In this document: positions 1 to 10,624 of the stretch, piece by piece | Numbering within the stretch: position 1 is the stretch's first letter | Layout of the letters: each line of letters begins with the position of its first letter | Assembly (NCBI GenBank): GCA_965198115.1 | Contig: OZ240241.1 | Span: 992,001-1,056,000, forward strand | DNA from: Candidatus Latescibacterota bacterium | GTDB lineage: Bacteria; Latescibacterota; UBA2968 | Direction of reading: 5' to 3' | Length of the DNA stretch: 64,000 nt | Program-made: the position numbers and the translations under genes | The notes under the pieces: generated by a model | What the model was told of the DNA's origin: nothing | What the model saw: only the letters and a program-made list of their open reading frames with translations | The model's database searches: none

Positions 1-323
1 CAGTAAACCGATATCCGTACCGGCGGTCATTTTCTGATCCGTTGGTGGATGTATGTAAGGCCGACGGCAATAATCGCCGCCGGCCGTTTCTATGCCTCGC
101 CTTGACGCAGAAAAGTCAAATGTGTAAGTTGCGGTCCGCGGCCAAACCTGCACTGAGCACCTCGACTTCGCTCGGCACAGGGTCCGTCGAAGTGGCCGCG
201 GAGTTGCCAGTTGTCAGGATTTAGCTGTCAGAGAGTCCGCGTTCAGGTCTGGTTATTGCGGTAGGCATATCCCGAACGAAACTACCGACAACTGAAAACT
301 GACGCCTGACAACTGACTTTGGT

Positions 324-400
<77 letters not shown>

Positions 401-410
401 GTCTTAAATC

Positions 411-464
411 AAACGGGCAGAAGAATTTACGGGATTTATGTCCTGTCACTTCTTCTGCCCGTTT
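411..464. terminator. Hairpin after tRNA (terminator or att-adjacent stem)
   Basis: 15-bp inverted repeat AAACGGGCAGAAGAA / TTCTTCTGCCCGTTT. Confidence 0.6.
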
Positions 465-695
465 TGCGCTAAATCTAAGCCTGATCTAAGGAAATGCGTG
501 ATTTACGTGGTATTGGCCACCCAGAGTGGCTAAGATTGAAGTAGGTGCAGTCCTTATCTGAACCGGAGGCGGTACACGACCAACATGTTGGACGTTTCCA
601 CAGGTGAGTTTGGAGACCGTACGACGATGGAGGAGTCAGTGTCGAAAAGGATGATGCAGTCCCGGCGGGTCGGGACGGATGGGGCGGCCCGGAGC

Positions 696-787
696 GGGAG
701 CGGGTGGCTTGGCAGCGGGCGGAGGAGCGCACGCACTGGGAGCGGGTGGCTTGGCAGCGGGCGGAGGAGCGCACGCACTGGGAGCGG
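696..787 (+). repeat. 42-bp tandem duplication
   Basis: GGGAGCGGGTGGCTTGGCAGCGGGCGGAGGAGCGCACGCACT x2 plus a partial copy; in frame (ERVAWQRAEERTHW) in ORF 704..1285. Confidence 0.9.
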
Positions 788-1433
788 CTTCAGAGGCGGC
801 GGGGGAAGGCGCTCGGGGAACTGGAGAAACGGAGCAAGCGGGAGTGGTCGGCGCTTTACGGGCGTCACCAGCGGCAGCGGGAACAGTTGTCGAAAGATTG
901 CCGAGGGGTGCTGGGGCGCTTCAGGCTATGGCGGGAGCTGGGCGGCGGATGCATCGCCATCACCAGCCGAGAGGATAGGGCGAGATCTGGAACGACCTTG
1001 CTTGCCGGCAGCAGTTTGGGACGACGGTGGGTTGGCATCGAACTCAACGTATCTCCCATATTTACTTGGTGTGTTTCGCGCGCGATACCAGAGCGGATCT
1101 CGAAGGGCGATCACCACTCCAGAGCCAAGTTCTATTCAACGCCTCCACCAATTCAATCATACAACCTGTTGATAAGCAATGTTTTATGTCTGCACAGGAA
1201 AGGCTTTCCCCTCATTTTCACCACCATTCCTGAACGGAAGTGCCAGGTCGTTTGGACGCCTATTCAGATGTGCACTAACTTCTGACTGATTCTGTCGGTT
1301 TCTGATTGGTCGGTAATCATTCACCCATCGTGAGTTTCACCGAGTTCGATCACTGTGGGCTTGGGGTCAAAGCCAGGGGGCATAAAAGAACCGCCTGGCT
1401 GAGCCTTCTGTTCCGTCGGATAGGGGGATAAGG

Positions 1434-2966
1434 ATGAAGCGTCGGCCAGGGCGTCCACCAAAACCTTTCCTTGAGAAGAAGCGGACCTACATCGGGTTCT
1501 GGGATTTTCTTAAGCGGGTCAAGGAACGGGGCGGTTCGCTTGATCCGGTCGAGGTGTTTGACGTGTTGTTCGAATGGCAACCAAAGCCTTGCAGGATGTG
1601 CGAATACCACCTCTTGATCGAGGAGGTCCGCCGATGCCTTGGAGTGGTCCACCGGAACAACGAGAAGGTCCTAAGTGGAAGGGGAGCTCACGGGAAGAGG
1701 CAGCTCATTGCGGATCTGATGAGTCTTTGGACAAGCGACGACCCTTACCCGTTCAATTTGGACCTCGGCGATCCCCACCGGCACGGGTGGGTTCCCCTGG
1801 GATTTCGCGGGCCCGGTGATAACAAGGTATATGTCGATCGAGAGCTCGTCGGGCTGGGTGACGGAATAGACGGAATAGATTACGATCTCGTGGGGCTACC
1901 GAGGGAGAAGGGAAAATACACAGTTAAGTTTCGCAGAAGCCGCTCGGAAGACCGGGTTATCGACCTCAGCACCAGAGTGTTACACTTCGGTGATCCGGTG
2001 GCAGATGAGGTCTGGGAGAGTCGTCATCGTGGCATATCAGGTGAGGGCTTCTGGGCTGAAATCAGGGGGAACCTCGTCTACATTGAGGACCCTGGTTCAC
2101 CGGAGGAGGATGACGAAGTAGCAGCATTTCTGGCCGAAGTGAACGGCCTGCATTCGGGATTCCACATACCCGAAGAGGAGAGGAGGAGGGGTGTCCGCGC
2201 TGAGAGCTTTAGCCGTATCGTCAAGAAGAGGCTCGGGGGGTCAGGGCGGCCCGATCTTGAGTTGGAGGCCGTAGACGCGAAGGGAATCCGTCGCCTGCTT
2301 TGCTCGCCGGACGTGCTCGACAGAGCTGTAGCTGTCTACCTGATCAAAGTGGCTCAGGGCGCGGGCGCGGAACCGTCAGCTTTAGAGCCGGAACCAACCG
2401 TCAAACGAGCCAGCAGACCCCACATGCACACAGAGGAGGCAAGGCAAGTCCTCTTGGACGCTGTCCAGGAAGATGTAGTCGCTGTCGTAAGTGCATGGCT
2501 GAGGGGCAGAGGTAAGGAGATTGTCAGGCACCTCGGGTACGCAGAAGCAGAAGCGGAGATCCTATCCGTGGCGCGGTTCCTGGCCGGAGGGCTCATCTAT
2601 GGGGATAGGCCAAGGGATTTACGGGAACTCCTAATGCGAATCGGAAAAGCTGGCGAGTATGAGCTACTTGCCTCGAAGCGGCTGGACCAGTTGCTAAGAC
2701 GACACATCGAGTTTGATCTCTACGTCGTGTCGTGGGCCTATATCGAACTTGCTAAGCAGATCCATAGTTCCCACCTATCGCAGGGCGCCGTGGACATTCC
2801 GAATATCCTGACGCTGTTGAAATCAGGAAAGGGACCGGACCCATCGGCTATACGCGAGTTAGGTCAGATAGCACAAGCCTGGTTGCGAAGTGCTGGGGAG
2901 TTGCAGGGGGGGTCAACGCACATGTTGGTGACATTCGTGCTCTCTTCGATCCCTTCTCCTGGCTGA
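1434..2966 (+). CDS. Hypothetical 510-aa protein with N-terminal AT-hook-like RPGRP motif
   Basis: Long ORF with purine-rich upstream sequence; stop overlaps the next start (TGATG). Confidence 0.7.
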   Translation: MKRRPGRPPKPFLEKKRTYIGFWDFLKRVKERGGSLDPVEVFDVLFEWQPKPCRMCEYHLLIEEVRRCLGVVHRNNEKVLSGRGAHGKRQLIADLMSLWTSDDPYPFNLDLGDPHRHGWVPLGFRGPGDNKVYVDRELVGLGDGIDGIDYDLVGLPREKGKYTVKFRRSRSEDRVIDLSTRVLHFGDPVADEVWESRHRGISGEGFWAEIRGNLVYIEDPGSPEEDDEVAAFLAEVNGLHSGFHIPEEERRRGVRAESFSRIVKKRLGGSGRPDLELEAVDAKGIRRLLCSPDVLDRAVAVYLIKVAQGAGAEPSALEPEPTVKRASRPHMHTEEARQVLLDAVQEDVVAVVSAWLRGRGKEIVRHLGYAEAEAEILSVARFLAGGLIYGDRPRDLRELLMRIGKAGEYELLASKRLDQLLRRHIEFDLYVVSWAYIELAKQIHSSHLSQGAVDIPNILTLLKSGKGPDPSAIRELGQIAQAWLRSAGELQGGSTHMLVTFVLSSIPSPG

Positions 2967-3598
2967 TGGGGGAGAGGCTGCTGAATCTCACCACCGATAA
3001 GACTATGGAAGCTTTCGAGGAGGAGTATGCCACCCTGACCGATGAGGACGCTGCAGACACCTACACCCGCCAGGCGATGGCTGCTTCCCGAGTGGCAAAT
3101 CGGAAAATCGTAAACAAGCGGGGTAGGGAAAGGCGGCAAGGAACTCATGGCGTTCGCTTTAACTGGAACGTCTACGATCCCGCTGTCCACCCGACCACCC
3201 TACCCGGATACCTGCGGGAGAGACTGCCCTCATTACTCGACGACAGGCTGGCGCAGCAAGCTCCCCGTAAAGAGGGAACCGGGAAGCTCAACGTCAGCCT
3301 CGACGTCCAAGCTGAGAACTCGGAGGGTGGAGCCCACAGCTCGCCTGACCTTTCACGAAAGACCCTTCCCGACGATGCCGTTGAGCTTCTTGATTCCTGT
3401 CTTGAGGAATTTTTCGAGGAAGCCAGGGTCTCTGAGAGGGATTCGAGGATACTGCGGATGCGCCACATCGACCGTCAGACTTACTCTGACATTGCCTGCG
3501 AGGTCGGCCTCAGCGACAGGCATATTAAACGAATTGTGAAGAAGTTCGACAGCTTTGAGCCGTGGCTGAAGGATCGGTTGTCCCGGCGCGGCGAATAG
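2966..3598 (+). CDS. Sigma-70 region-4-like HTH regulator
   Basis: C-terminal SERDSRILRMRHIDRQTYSDIACEVGLSDRHIKRIV matches the sigma r4/LuxR-type HTH pattern. Confidence 0.7.
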   Translation: MGERLLNLTTDKTMEAFEEEYATLTDEDAADTYTRQAMAASRVANRKIVNKRGRERRQGTHGVRFNWNVYDPAVHPTTLPGYLRERLPSLLDDRLAQQAPRKEGTGKLNVSLDVQAENSEGGAHSSPDLSRKTLPDDAVELLDSCLEEFFEEARVSERDSRILRMRHIDRQTYSDIACEVGLSDRHIKRIVKKFDSFEPWLKDRLSRRGE

Positions 3599-4629
3599 CG
3601 CACTTCTGCACGAACCACTCAGAAAAACCGGGGGTCATCCTTATTGGATGTCCCTCTTTTTTGGCTCTATCCGGGTTTCTCAACGGTGAAACTATAGAAT
3701 GACAAGGTCATAGATCGTTCCCTACGCTTGGTTGTGTGTGTAGGACAATCAAAGCGAAGGGGGTGCGACCTATGACCGGGAGCAGATTACTATCGAAACT
3801 GCTGAGATTCAAGGGGTTCCGTGTTGTCAGCTGGTGGTTTGAGGGGAGAAGCTGCTTCGTCATCGCCGTAAAGCCACATAAGAATGGTTGTTGTTGTCCG
3901 GAGTTCGGCCGTCGAGGTAAAATCGTCCGCACAATGCCCCATCCGCGTCGGTGGCGTGACATTCCGGTGTGCGGGTGGAGGGTCTGGCTTCTCTACCATC
4001 CTCGGGAGATTCGGTGTCCTACCCACGGTCGTGTGGTCGAGGAGATTCCGTGGGCGGAGCGGTTCTCTCGGGTGACGTATCGCTTCGAGTATGCCATGCT
4101 GCGCTACTGCCAGACCATGACGCAGAAGGCGGCGTCCGAGTTACTGCGCATCTCTGCCTCGACGCTGTCGGATCTCCTTCACCGATCCATCACGCGGCTT
4201 CGTGAAGGTCATCGTATCCGAGGGCTCAAAACCATCGGGATCGACGAGATCTCCTACGCCAAGCGTCACAGGTACGCCACGCTCGTTTACGATCTGGACC
4301 GCTCCTGCGTGGTGTGGGTTGGCCGCGGCAGGGCGCGTAAAACGATCGATCGGTTCTTCACAGAGGCTCTCAGTCCCTACCGGAGATCCAAGATCGGGTG
4401 GGCCTGCTGCGACATGAGCGAAGCTTACATCGGAGCCATCCAGGAACACTGTCCGAATGCCAAGCTGGTCCTCGATCGCTTTCACATCGTCAAGGCTCTC
4501 AATGCCGCCGTTGACGAGGTCCGTAAGGACCAGTGGCGTAAAGCTGCCCCGGATGAGCGCAAAGCCATGAAGGGCCTCCGATGGCTCCTCTACCGGCACT
4601 CAGCGACACGCTCCAGAGGGGATACTCGG

Positions 4630-6003
4630 GAGCTCAGGTCAATAGGTGTGTAAAAGAAATCAGGCGGCCATCTTCCCGGCTTCGACCTGCGGTCCGGTTG
4701 AGTGTTTCTGATCGTAGACTTGTTGTAGCAAGTGTGGCGCGGTGAGTTTCCTGAATCGGCTCTCTGCGACCTTGAGCGTACGCCAGATGAGAGCCGTGGC
4801 GTTCCTGACTTTCTTGAATCGCCTGGCGGCGTTTGTGCGAAGCCGAACGGAAGCAAAGGGGCTCTCGACGACGTTCGTGGTTCTCAGGTGTTTCCAGTGT
4901 TCCTTCGGGAAGTCGTAGAACGTGACCATCCGATCCCAGTCTCTTTCGAGCGTCTCCACGGCGGCAGGGAACTGTGAGCGATACCGTGCGGCAAAGCGTT
5001 TCCGGAGCTTCTCGGCCTCCTTTTTCGTGCCGGCATAGGGGATCTGGACGAGCAGTGCGCGGGCTTCAGCCTGTGCACGCTTGGCGACCTTGTCGAGCAC
5101 GTTGAGGATCTTGTGGTTCCAGCACCGTTGTTGCCGGCTCTCTGGCCAGACCTGATCAACGGCCGCCCAGATGCCCATATTCCCGTCCGCGGCGATCAGG
5201 ACAGGATGTTCGAGCCCGCGATCCCGGAGATCCCGGAGCACCGTGAGCCAGGATTCTGTAGACTCTCGATAACCGGGTTCTATCGCCAGGATCTCCTTGC
5301 TGCCGTCGCTCATCGCGCCGATCACGACCAGCAGACACGCCTTCTCGCGCTCGAGCCCGGCTTTGACGTAGATGCCATCAGCCCAGGCGTAGACCAGTTC
5401 GCGATTATCCAGACGCCTTTCTTTCCAGTCCTGGAAGTCGACCTCCCACTTCCCTCGAAGACGAGCGATCGAGGTCGGCGAAAGCGGCGCGCCATCACCG
5501 AGCAGCGCACGCAAAGACAACTCGAAGTCGCCCTGGGAGAGACCGTGGAGATAAAGGTCGGGAAGCAGATCTCCAATGGCCCTGGTTCTCCGGGCGAACA
5601 GGGGGAGGATGCGGCTTTCAAACCGCTCTTCCAGACCACGAACCCGGGGACGCCGGACCTTGATCGTTCCGCAGCTCGTCGAGAGACGCCGGGGCTTGCC
5701 GTAGCCGTTCCTGTAGCCCGTGGAGCTATCGACCTCGGCTCGGCGCTCATACCACGACCGGCCCAAGAACGCGGTCGCCTCCTCCTCCAGAATGGACTGG
5801 AACCGGCCCTGGATCTCTTCACGGATCCAATCGTCAACCGTCTCCCACGTCGGCATGGACTTCAATGGGACTCTATGCGTATGTTCCTTCACGGCGATCC
5901 TCCTTCCCAACCGGGCCTCTCACCCGGTTTTGTGTGAATCAACTATCTCACGGGAAGGGTAGGGTCGCCCTTTCTCTTTTTCCACACCTTTTGATTATAG
6001 CTC
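4630..6003 (-). mobile_element. IS256-family IS, complete, nested in ISL3
   Basis: Imperfect IRs GAGCTCAGGTCAATAGGTGTG / GAGCTATAATCAAAAGGTGTG; 8-bp TSD ATACTCGG at 4622-4629 and 6004-6011. Confidence 0.95.
4660..5910 (-). CDS. IS256-family (Mutator) transposase
   Basis: YRNGY, WADGIY, QRCWNHK and LRTTNVVES motifs; ORF intact. Confidence 0.93.
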   Translation of the reverse strand: MGRRIAVKEHTHRVPLKSMPTWETVDDWIREEIQGRFQSILEEEATAFLGRSWYERRAEVDSSTGYRNGYGKPRRLSTSCGTIKVRRPRVRGLEERFESRILPLFARRTRAIGDLLPDLYLHGLSQGDFELSLRALLGDGAPLSPTSIARLRGKWEVDFQDWKERRLDNRELVYAWADGIYVKAGLEREKACLLVVIGAMSDGSKEILAIEPGYRESTESWLTVLRDLRDRGLEHPVLIAADGNMGIWAAVDQVWPESRQQRCWNHKILNVLDKVAKRAQAEARALLVQIPYAGTKKEAEKLRKRFAARYRSQFPAAVETLERDWDRMVTFYDFPKEHWKHLRTTNVVESPFASVRLRTNAARRFKKVRNATALIWRTLKVAESRFRKLTAPHLLQQVYDQKHSTGPQVEAGKMAA

Positions 6004-6534
6004 ATACTCGGACACTCAAAGCACTGGAGAAGGCGAACTACCGAATCTATAGAGCCTGGAGACTCAAGGACGAGTTCGAGCAGTTCTGGGAATACAAAGC
6101 GCCCTGGGCTGCCGAACGCTTCCTGAAATGCTGGACGACGTCCGCACTCAGAAGTCGACTTGAACCCCTGCGAAAGTTCGTCAGGACCCTGCGACAGCAC
6201 TTCTTCGGCGTCCTCGCATTCGTGAACACGCGTCTTACCAACGCCATCGCCGAAGGCCTCAACCGAATCGTCCAAATCGTCAAGAACCGAGCCAGCGGAT
6301 TCCGCACACTCGACGCATTCAACGATATGATCTTCCTTACCGTCGGAGACATAAACATCCCTGAGCAGATTCCGAAGAGGTTCCGCACACTCTAACCGCG
6401 CCCCCATGCCAGGAACCACGGCACCTTCACCCACTTCATCTCGTTGAGAGATCCGGATATAGCCTTTTTTTGACCGCTGGATGAGTTCAGGGAGTTAACG
6501 GAGAGTGTTGCCATCATCTGAGGAGGTCTGAACT

Positions 6535-6714
6535 GTGGTCGAAAACCATTACCTGAGCCTTCAGGAGGTCGCGCAGCGGTGGGGCATCCCTATAAGCTGG
6601 CTTTATGAGAGAAGCAGGAAGGACGTGCTCCCAGGTCAGCGTCGGCTTGGTAGACATGTGCGCATTGAACCGGATGAGTTCGAGGAGGGAGTCAAACGGG
6701 GCGAATTGTCCTGA
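6535..6714 (+). CDS. Excisionase/HTH_17-like DNA-binding protein, 59 aa (absent from ORF track)
   Basis: GAGGAGG RBS, GTG start; MVENHYLSLQEVAQRWGIPISWLYERSRKDVLPGQRRLGRHVRIEPDEFEEGVKRGELS. Confidence 0.8.
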   Translation: MVENHYLSLQEVAQRWGIPISWLYERSRKDVLPGQRRLGRHVRIEPDEFEEGVKRGELS

Positions 6715-6959
6715 TCAAAGTCTCCCCAAGTGGCTCTATCTGGGGTCGAAATACGAGTGGAAAGGAGACAATCATCCATGCGCCATCAACCATCGATGGC
6801 GATTCCTTGACCTCCAAGGTCGAGTGCGACCTGTCCTTGAGCGGATGGCAAAGTTATTTTGTCTCCTGCTGCTTTGAGGTGATCGGAATATCAGTATATT
6901 TATAATGTGAAGGGCCGACAATACAAGGACGCCCCCGGACCGCGCCTACATCGACCGCG

Positions 6960-7173
6960 CGCAAGAAGACATTGCCGTCTTCTCCCGGGTCTGCCGGCAG
7001 AAGTCGCGCTCGTGACCACGCAGTCGCGTGCCGTGCCGCTGCAAGACGGTGCCGGGGAACCGACGCTCTTTCTCGGGGCGGATGCGTGGGACAATCCGAC
7101 GCTGCTGGACAATGACGAAGCCGCCATCGATGGCAGTTTCTTCAGCAGCCATTCTTCGCCGGACACGAGATGA
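6960..7173 (+). pseudogene. Fragment of a LivK-like periplasmic binding protein
   Basis: FLGADAWDNPTLL..AIDGSFFSSHSSPD resembles type-1 periplasmic binding proteins; no start codon. Confidence 0.4.
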
Positions 7174-7188
7174 TGGCGAGCGACACTC

Positions 7189-9113
7189 GTGCGGGCAAGG
7201 GCCTACGATCTGGTGCTGAATGGGAACGAAATCGGCGGTGGCAGCATCAGAATCAACCATCGGGAGGTCCAGGAGCGCATGTTCCGGCTTCTGGGCATCG
7301 AAAAAGAAGAGGCAGAGGCTAAATTCGGATTTCTGCTGGACGCATTCCGCTTCGGAGCGCCGCCGCACGGCGGCATTGCGTTCGGTTTCGACCGTCTCGT
7401 GGCCCTGATGGCAAAGAAATCCTTCATTCGGGACGTCATACCGTTCCCCAAGACGAACCAGGCAGCCTCCCTAACCTGAATCATGCATGAATTTGAGTTT
7501 AGGTTGTTTTGGAGTGATGTGATCACGCACAGGATTTGTTCTCGGCTTCTTCGGATGTCCAAGGTCCCGTAAGCGGTCTCTACGAGTCGCAAGAGTCACG
7601 ATTTTCGTCCGGAACAGGTGTTGTTTTGCGACGTGTACATAGCTGTCCCCGGTATAGATCGGCGTTGTTACTGCGTGTTCGTTTCGAGCCTGGTGATGAT
7701 TGACACCAAGACGTTTTTGAGTGGATACGATGTTGGAAAATGGAATCGGATTCTTCGTGCGCTTTCAATGACTCTCGCGCCGATTTTGAGGAAACGGTTC
7801 TGTATCGTGTTGACCTGAGGTTTGGTCCACGCGGTGCCCTTGAGTCCCTGTGATCGGAGTGCGTGAAGCAAGGCGTATGCAGCACTGTGTAGAAAGAGTC
7901 GGAACTGGTTGGCTTCAAACTTGTGGCACGATGTTCGATCGGATACGATCATAGATAAAGCCGTCTCGATTACTCTGTAAATTGGTCACGCGGTATCTTG
8001 GATTTGCTTCGCCGTTTGTGACTTCAGCCTTGTGAATGATCCGGCGAGGCTGCCGGTAGGTGCCAGCCTGATATGAGAAGGATGAGAACAAGCGAATCGT
8101 CTCCTTATGCTCGCTCAGACGTAGCGCTTGGTCCATCAGGTTTTGTCCAGCCGCTTTGAGCTTGGAGTTGGCGCCCTGGCCCAGAACGTAGTAGATACCG
8201 TTGTCTTCGCAGAAATCGTGCATCTCTGGTGAGCTGAACTTTGAGTCTGCGCGAACGATGATCTCCACGTTTGGCCAAGATCCGCGTAGGTGTTCCACCA
8301 AGCGCTTGAGAATAGAAACGACCTGTTTACCGTTCGTCGGATGCCCGGGTCTCAAGATCGTCGTAATGAGCTTGCCGCTTTGGCCTTCATAGATATGTAG
8401 CGGCATATAGCAGTGTTCATTGTAATACGCGTTGAAGAGTGAAAATTGTTGCGCACCGTGCGTTGGGTCATCCGTGTCGTCGATATCGAGAATGATGCTT
8501 GGGGGTGCCTGGTCATACGATGCGATGAACCCGTCTACAAAAGCCCGTGCGAGCCGATACAAATCCGAGCGTCGCACATCATTCTCAAGTCGTGTCATCG
8601 TTGATTGGCTCCCGAGATCAGGACCGGAAAGAGGAAGCCGATCGCAGGCAGCCTTGACGCCCGGATCGTGGCGCAAATCATCACAATCGACGGCATCTTC
8701 ATAGCCGCAAGCGATCTGAAAAACACGCTGCTTCACAAGATCCAAAAGCGTGTGATCGATATAGCTTGGGTGACGACGATCTCGCAAAGCATCTACCATT
8801 CTGGCGATCAATCCCATCTGAGACTCAAGGGCGCGAAGCAACAGAACTCCACCGTCACTCCTGACGGCGCCACCGGCAAAATCAGCCTCAACTACCTTGC
8901 CCGAAATGCTTGCGAATGGTAACCGGATCTGACTAGGTTCTATCACGGTAGTTCCTTCCAAGTGTTGTTTTGATGTGTCAGCCCTAATGTAGGGAAAAAC
9001 AAACACTTGTACAAGGAGACTACCTTTTTTATGCATAATTCAGGCTAATGGACAATTCGCCATCTGACGTCTCTCCGGCCCAGTTGCGCGAACTCGGGCT
9101 GCGATTGACCTGA
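7189..9113 (+). pseudogene. aspS: 3' fragment of aspartyl-tRNA synthetase, split by IS1380
   Basis: [18 protein letters not shown] and [25 protein letters not shown]; frame resumes after the IS as MDNSPSDVSPAQLRELGLRLT*. Confidence 0.93.
7475..9044 (-). mobile_element. IS1380-family IS; transposase (7668..8946) frameshifted by internal deletion
   Basis: IRs CCTGAATCATGCAT / ATGCATAATTCAGG; 4-bp TSD CTAA; SDGG, LDIDDTDDPTHG and VRADS motifs; lacks the YCARG segment present in the partial copy at 21377. Confidence 0.93.
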
Positions 9114-9391
9114 CCCCGGAGGGTGGCGATCCAGGAGTTGCCTCCCCTTTCGGGCTCGAAATTCGGTTCGACAAGGGCTCCTCGGACGGGTTTTAGGCAG
9201 CACGAGACCGATCAATCAGAATGCTGCAAACGGTTTAAAGAACAACCGCATATTCAGATTTTCACTTGACTTACGTCATGGGCTGTAGTAAGTTGGTGCA
9301 GCACGCCTATTTAGTAGGCGTCGTCTTTGCCGATTCTCTAAAATACGCAAGATCGTCGGTCGATTTTGTCGAAACCAGGAGAAGCCACTCT

Positions 9392-9667
9392 ATGTCTCAA
9401 TGCAGACTGCTGAAGCGGGCGACGGGTGTCGGGTTGGCGGTAGCAATGCTTTCGCTGCCCCTGCTTTCCGGCTGCACGTCCATGGCATCCAAAGAGCAGC
9501 TCAACATGCTTGCAGACGCTCGAAAACGAGCCGAATCGGCCGAGGCGGATCTCAACACCTGCAAACAGCACCGCGCACAGCTCGAACGGGAGTTGGCCGA
9601 CAAAAAGGCGCTTCTCGCCAAGCTCAGGAATGATCGCGACGTCGTCAAAAAGGCGCTAGGCGAGTAA
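9392..9667 (+). CDS. Small coiled-coil lipoprotein
   Basis: AGGAG RBS; lipobox LLSG-C; coiled-coil mature region. Confidence 0.85.
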   Translation: MSQCRLLKRATGVGLAVAMLSLPLLSGCTSMASKEQLNMLADARKRAESAEADLNTCKQHRAQLERELADKKALLAKLRNDRDVVKKALGE

Positions 9668-9688
9668 CCGGTGAAAGGAGTTAAAAAC

Positions 9689-10348
9689 ATGGCATTCAAA
9701 AGAATCACCGCTGCTCTGCTCTGCGCCATCGTCGCTTCTGTCGCATTTTCAGGTATCGCGGACGCACAGCAGGGCATGACTTACGAAGAGAACAAGATTA
9801 AAACAGCTGAGTACGAAAAGCGAACTGTCGACGCTCGACGCGCCCTCGCCGAGTGCAAGAAAATCGACGCCGAGATCACGGTCCTCGACAAGGACGTTGC
9901 GGTTGTTAACGAGGAAATCTACGAAGTCCTGGGGACCGACCAGGCCGGCATCGACGGCTTCCTCTCCGAACTCGATCGCATCGAAGCGCGACTGATGGGG
10001 CTGTTGAATCTTTCAGATGAGGCTTTGTTCGACAAGCGCGACGAAGTCAACTCGATGGAAGATCGCACCGAAGAAATGAAGAAGGACATCCTGGCGAAGC
10101 TTCCCGACGCTCAGAAGAAGCTCCGTAACATCGACCAGCTTCTCGAGCGTATCAACGCTCGCATGCCTCGTAAGCGCGTGAAGCCCTTGCCCTACACCGT
10201 CGCCAGAGGCGACAATCTCTGGAACATCGCAGGAGCCGTCTACAAAGATCCGACGAAATGGCATCGCATCTTCCGTGCGAATCAGAGTCAGATTTCGGAT
10301 GCGAACCGGATCTTCCCGTCCCAGGTGCTCGACATACCCGCGAACTGA
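9689..10348 (+). CDS. Secreted coiled-coil protein with C-terminal LysM domain
   Basis: Signal peptide; YTVARGDNLWNIAGAVYKDPTKWHRIFRAN..IFPSQVLDIP. Confidence 0.9.
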   Translation: MAFKRITAALLCAIVASVAFSGIADAQQGMTYEENKIKTAEYEKRTVDARRALAECKKIDAEITVLDKDVAVVNEEIYEVLGTDQAGIDGFLSELDRIEARLMGLLNLSDEALFDKRDEVNSMEDRTEEMKKDILAKLPDAQKKLRNIDQLLERINARMPRKRVKPLPYTVARGDNLWNIAGAVYKDPTKWHRIFRANQSQISDANRIFPSQVLDIPAN

Positions 10349-10413
10349 ACAGCAGGCCACTCGCAAGGCTGATACGTTCGCCGCGAATGAACTCGACAAT
10401 ATAGCTTCCTAGC

Positions 10414-10462
10414 AAAGGCTCCTGCTCCCGCCAACAGCGCGGTCGGGAGCCTTCTGCTTTTC
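10414..10462 (+). terminator. Putative intrinsic terminator
   Basis: AAGGCTCC...GGAGCCTT stem followed by a T-rich tail. Confidence 0.5.
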
Positions 10463-10517
10463 AGGTGACCGCAACGTGCGTGTCACACTTATCGATCCTG
10501 GAGGCACAAGACCCTCG

Positions 10518-10624
10518 TTGAAAGACCAACCCAGCCTGACCCACCGCATTTCCACACAGGGCGCAGACCCCCTCTCCCTCTACGGTCACAACGACGCAAA
10601 TCTCGTTGCGCTCGAGTCTCGCTA
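10518..10624 (+). pseudogene. phoH: 5' fragment of PhoH-family gene fused to internal IS256 sequence
   Basis: GGAGG RBS; MKDQPSLTHRISTQGADPLSLYGHNDANLVALESRY resembles the PhoH/YbeZ N-terminus. Confidence 0.6.

Larger units (their letters stand above)
3663..6464 (+). mobile_element. ISL3-family IS copy 1; transposase (3736..6395) interrupted by IS256
   Basis: IRL GGCTCTATCCGGGTTTCTCAACG and IRR complement GGCTATATCCGGATCTCTCAACG; GIDE, CCDM, DRFH and TNAIAEGLN motifs; T-runs on both flanks. Confidence 0.95.

Noticed and set aside
696-787. 42-bp direct repeat as a CRISPR array
   Set aside because: Units are contiguous with no spacers and in frame; a simple tandem duplication.
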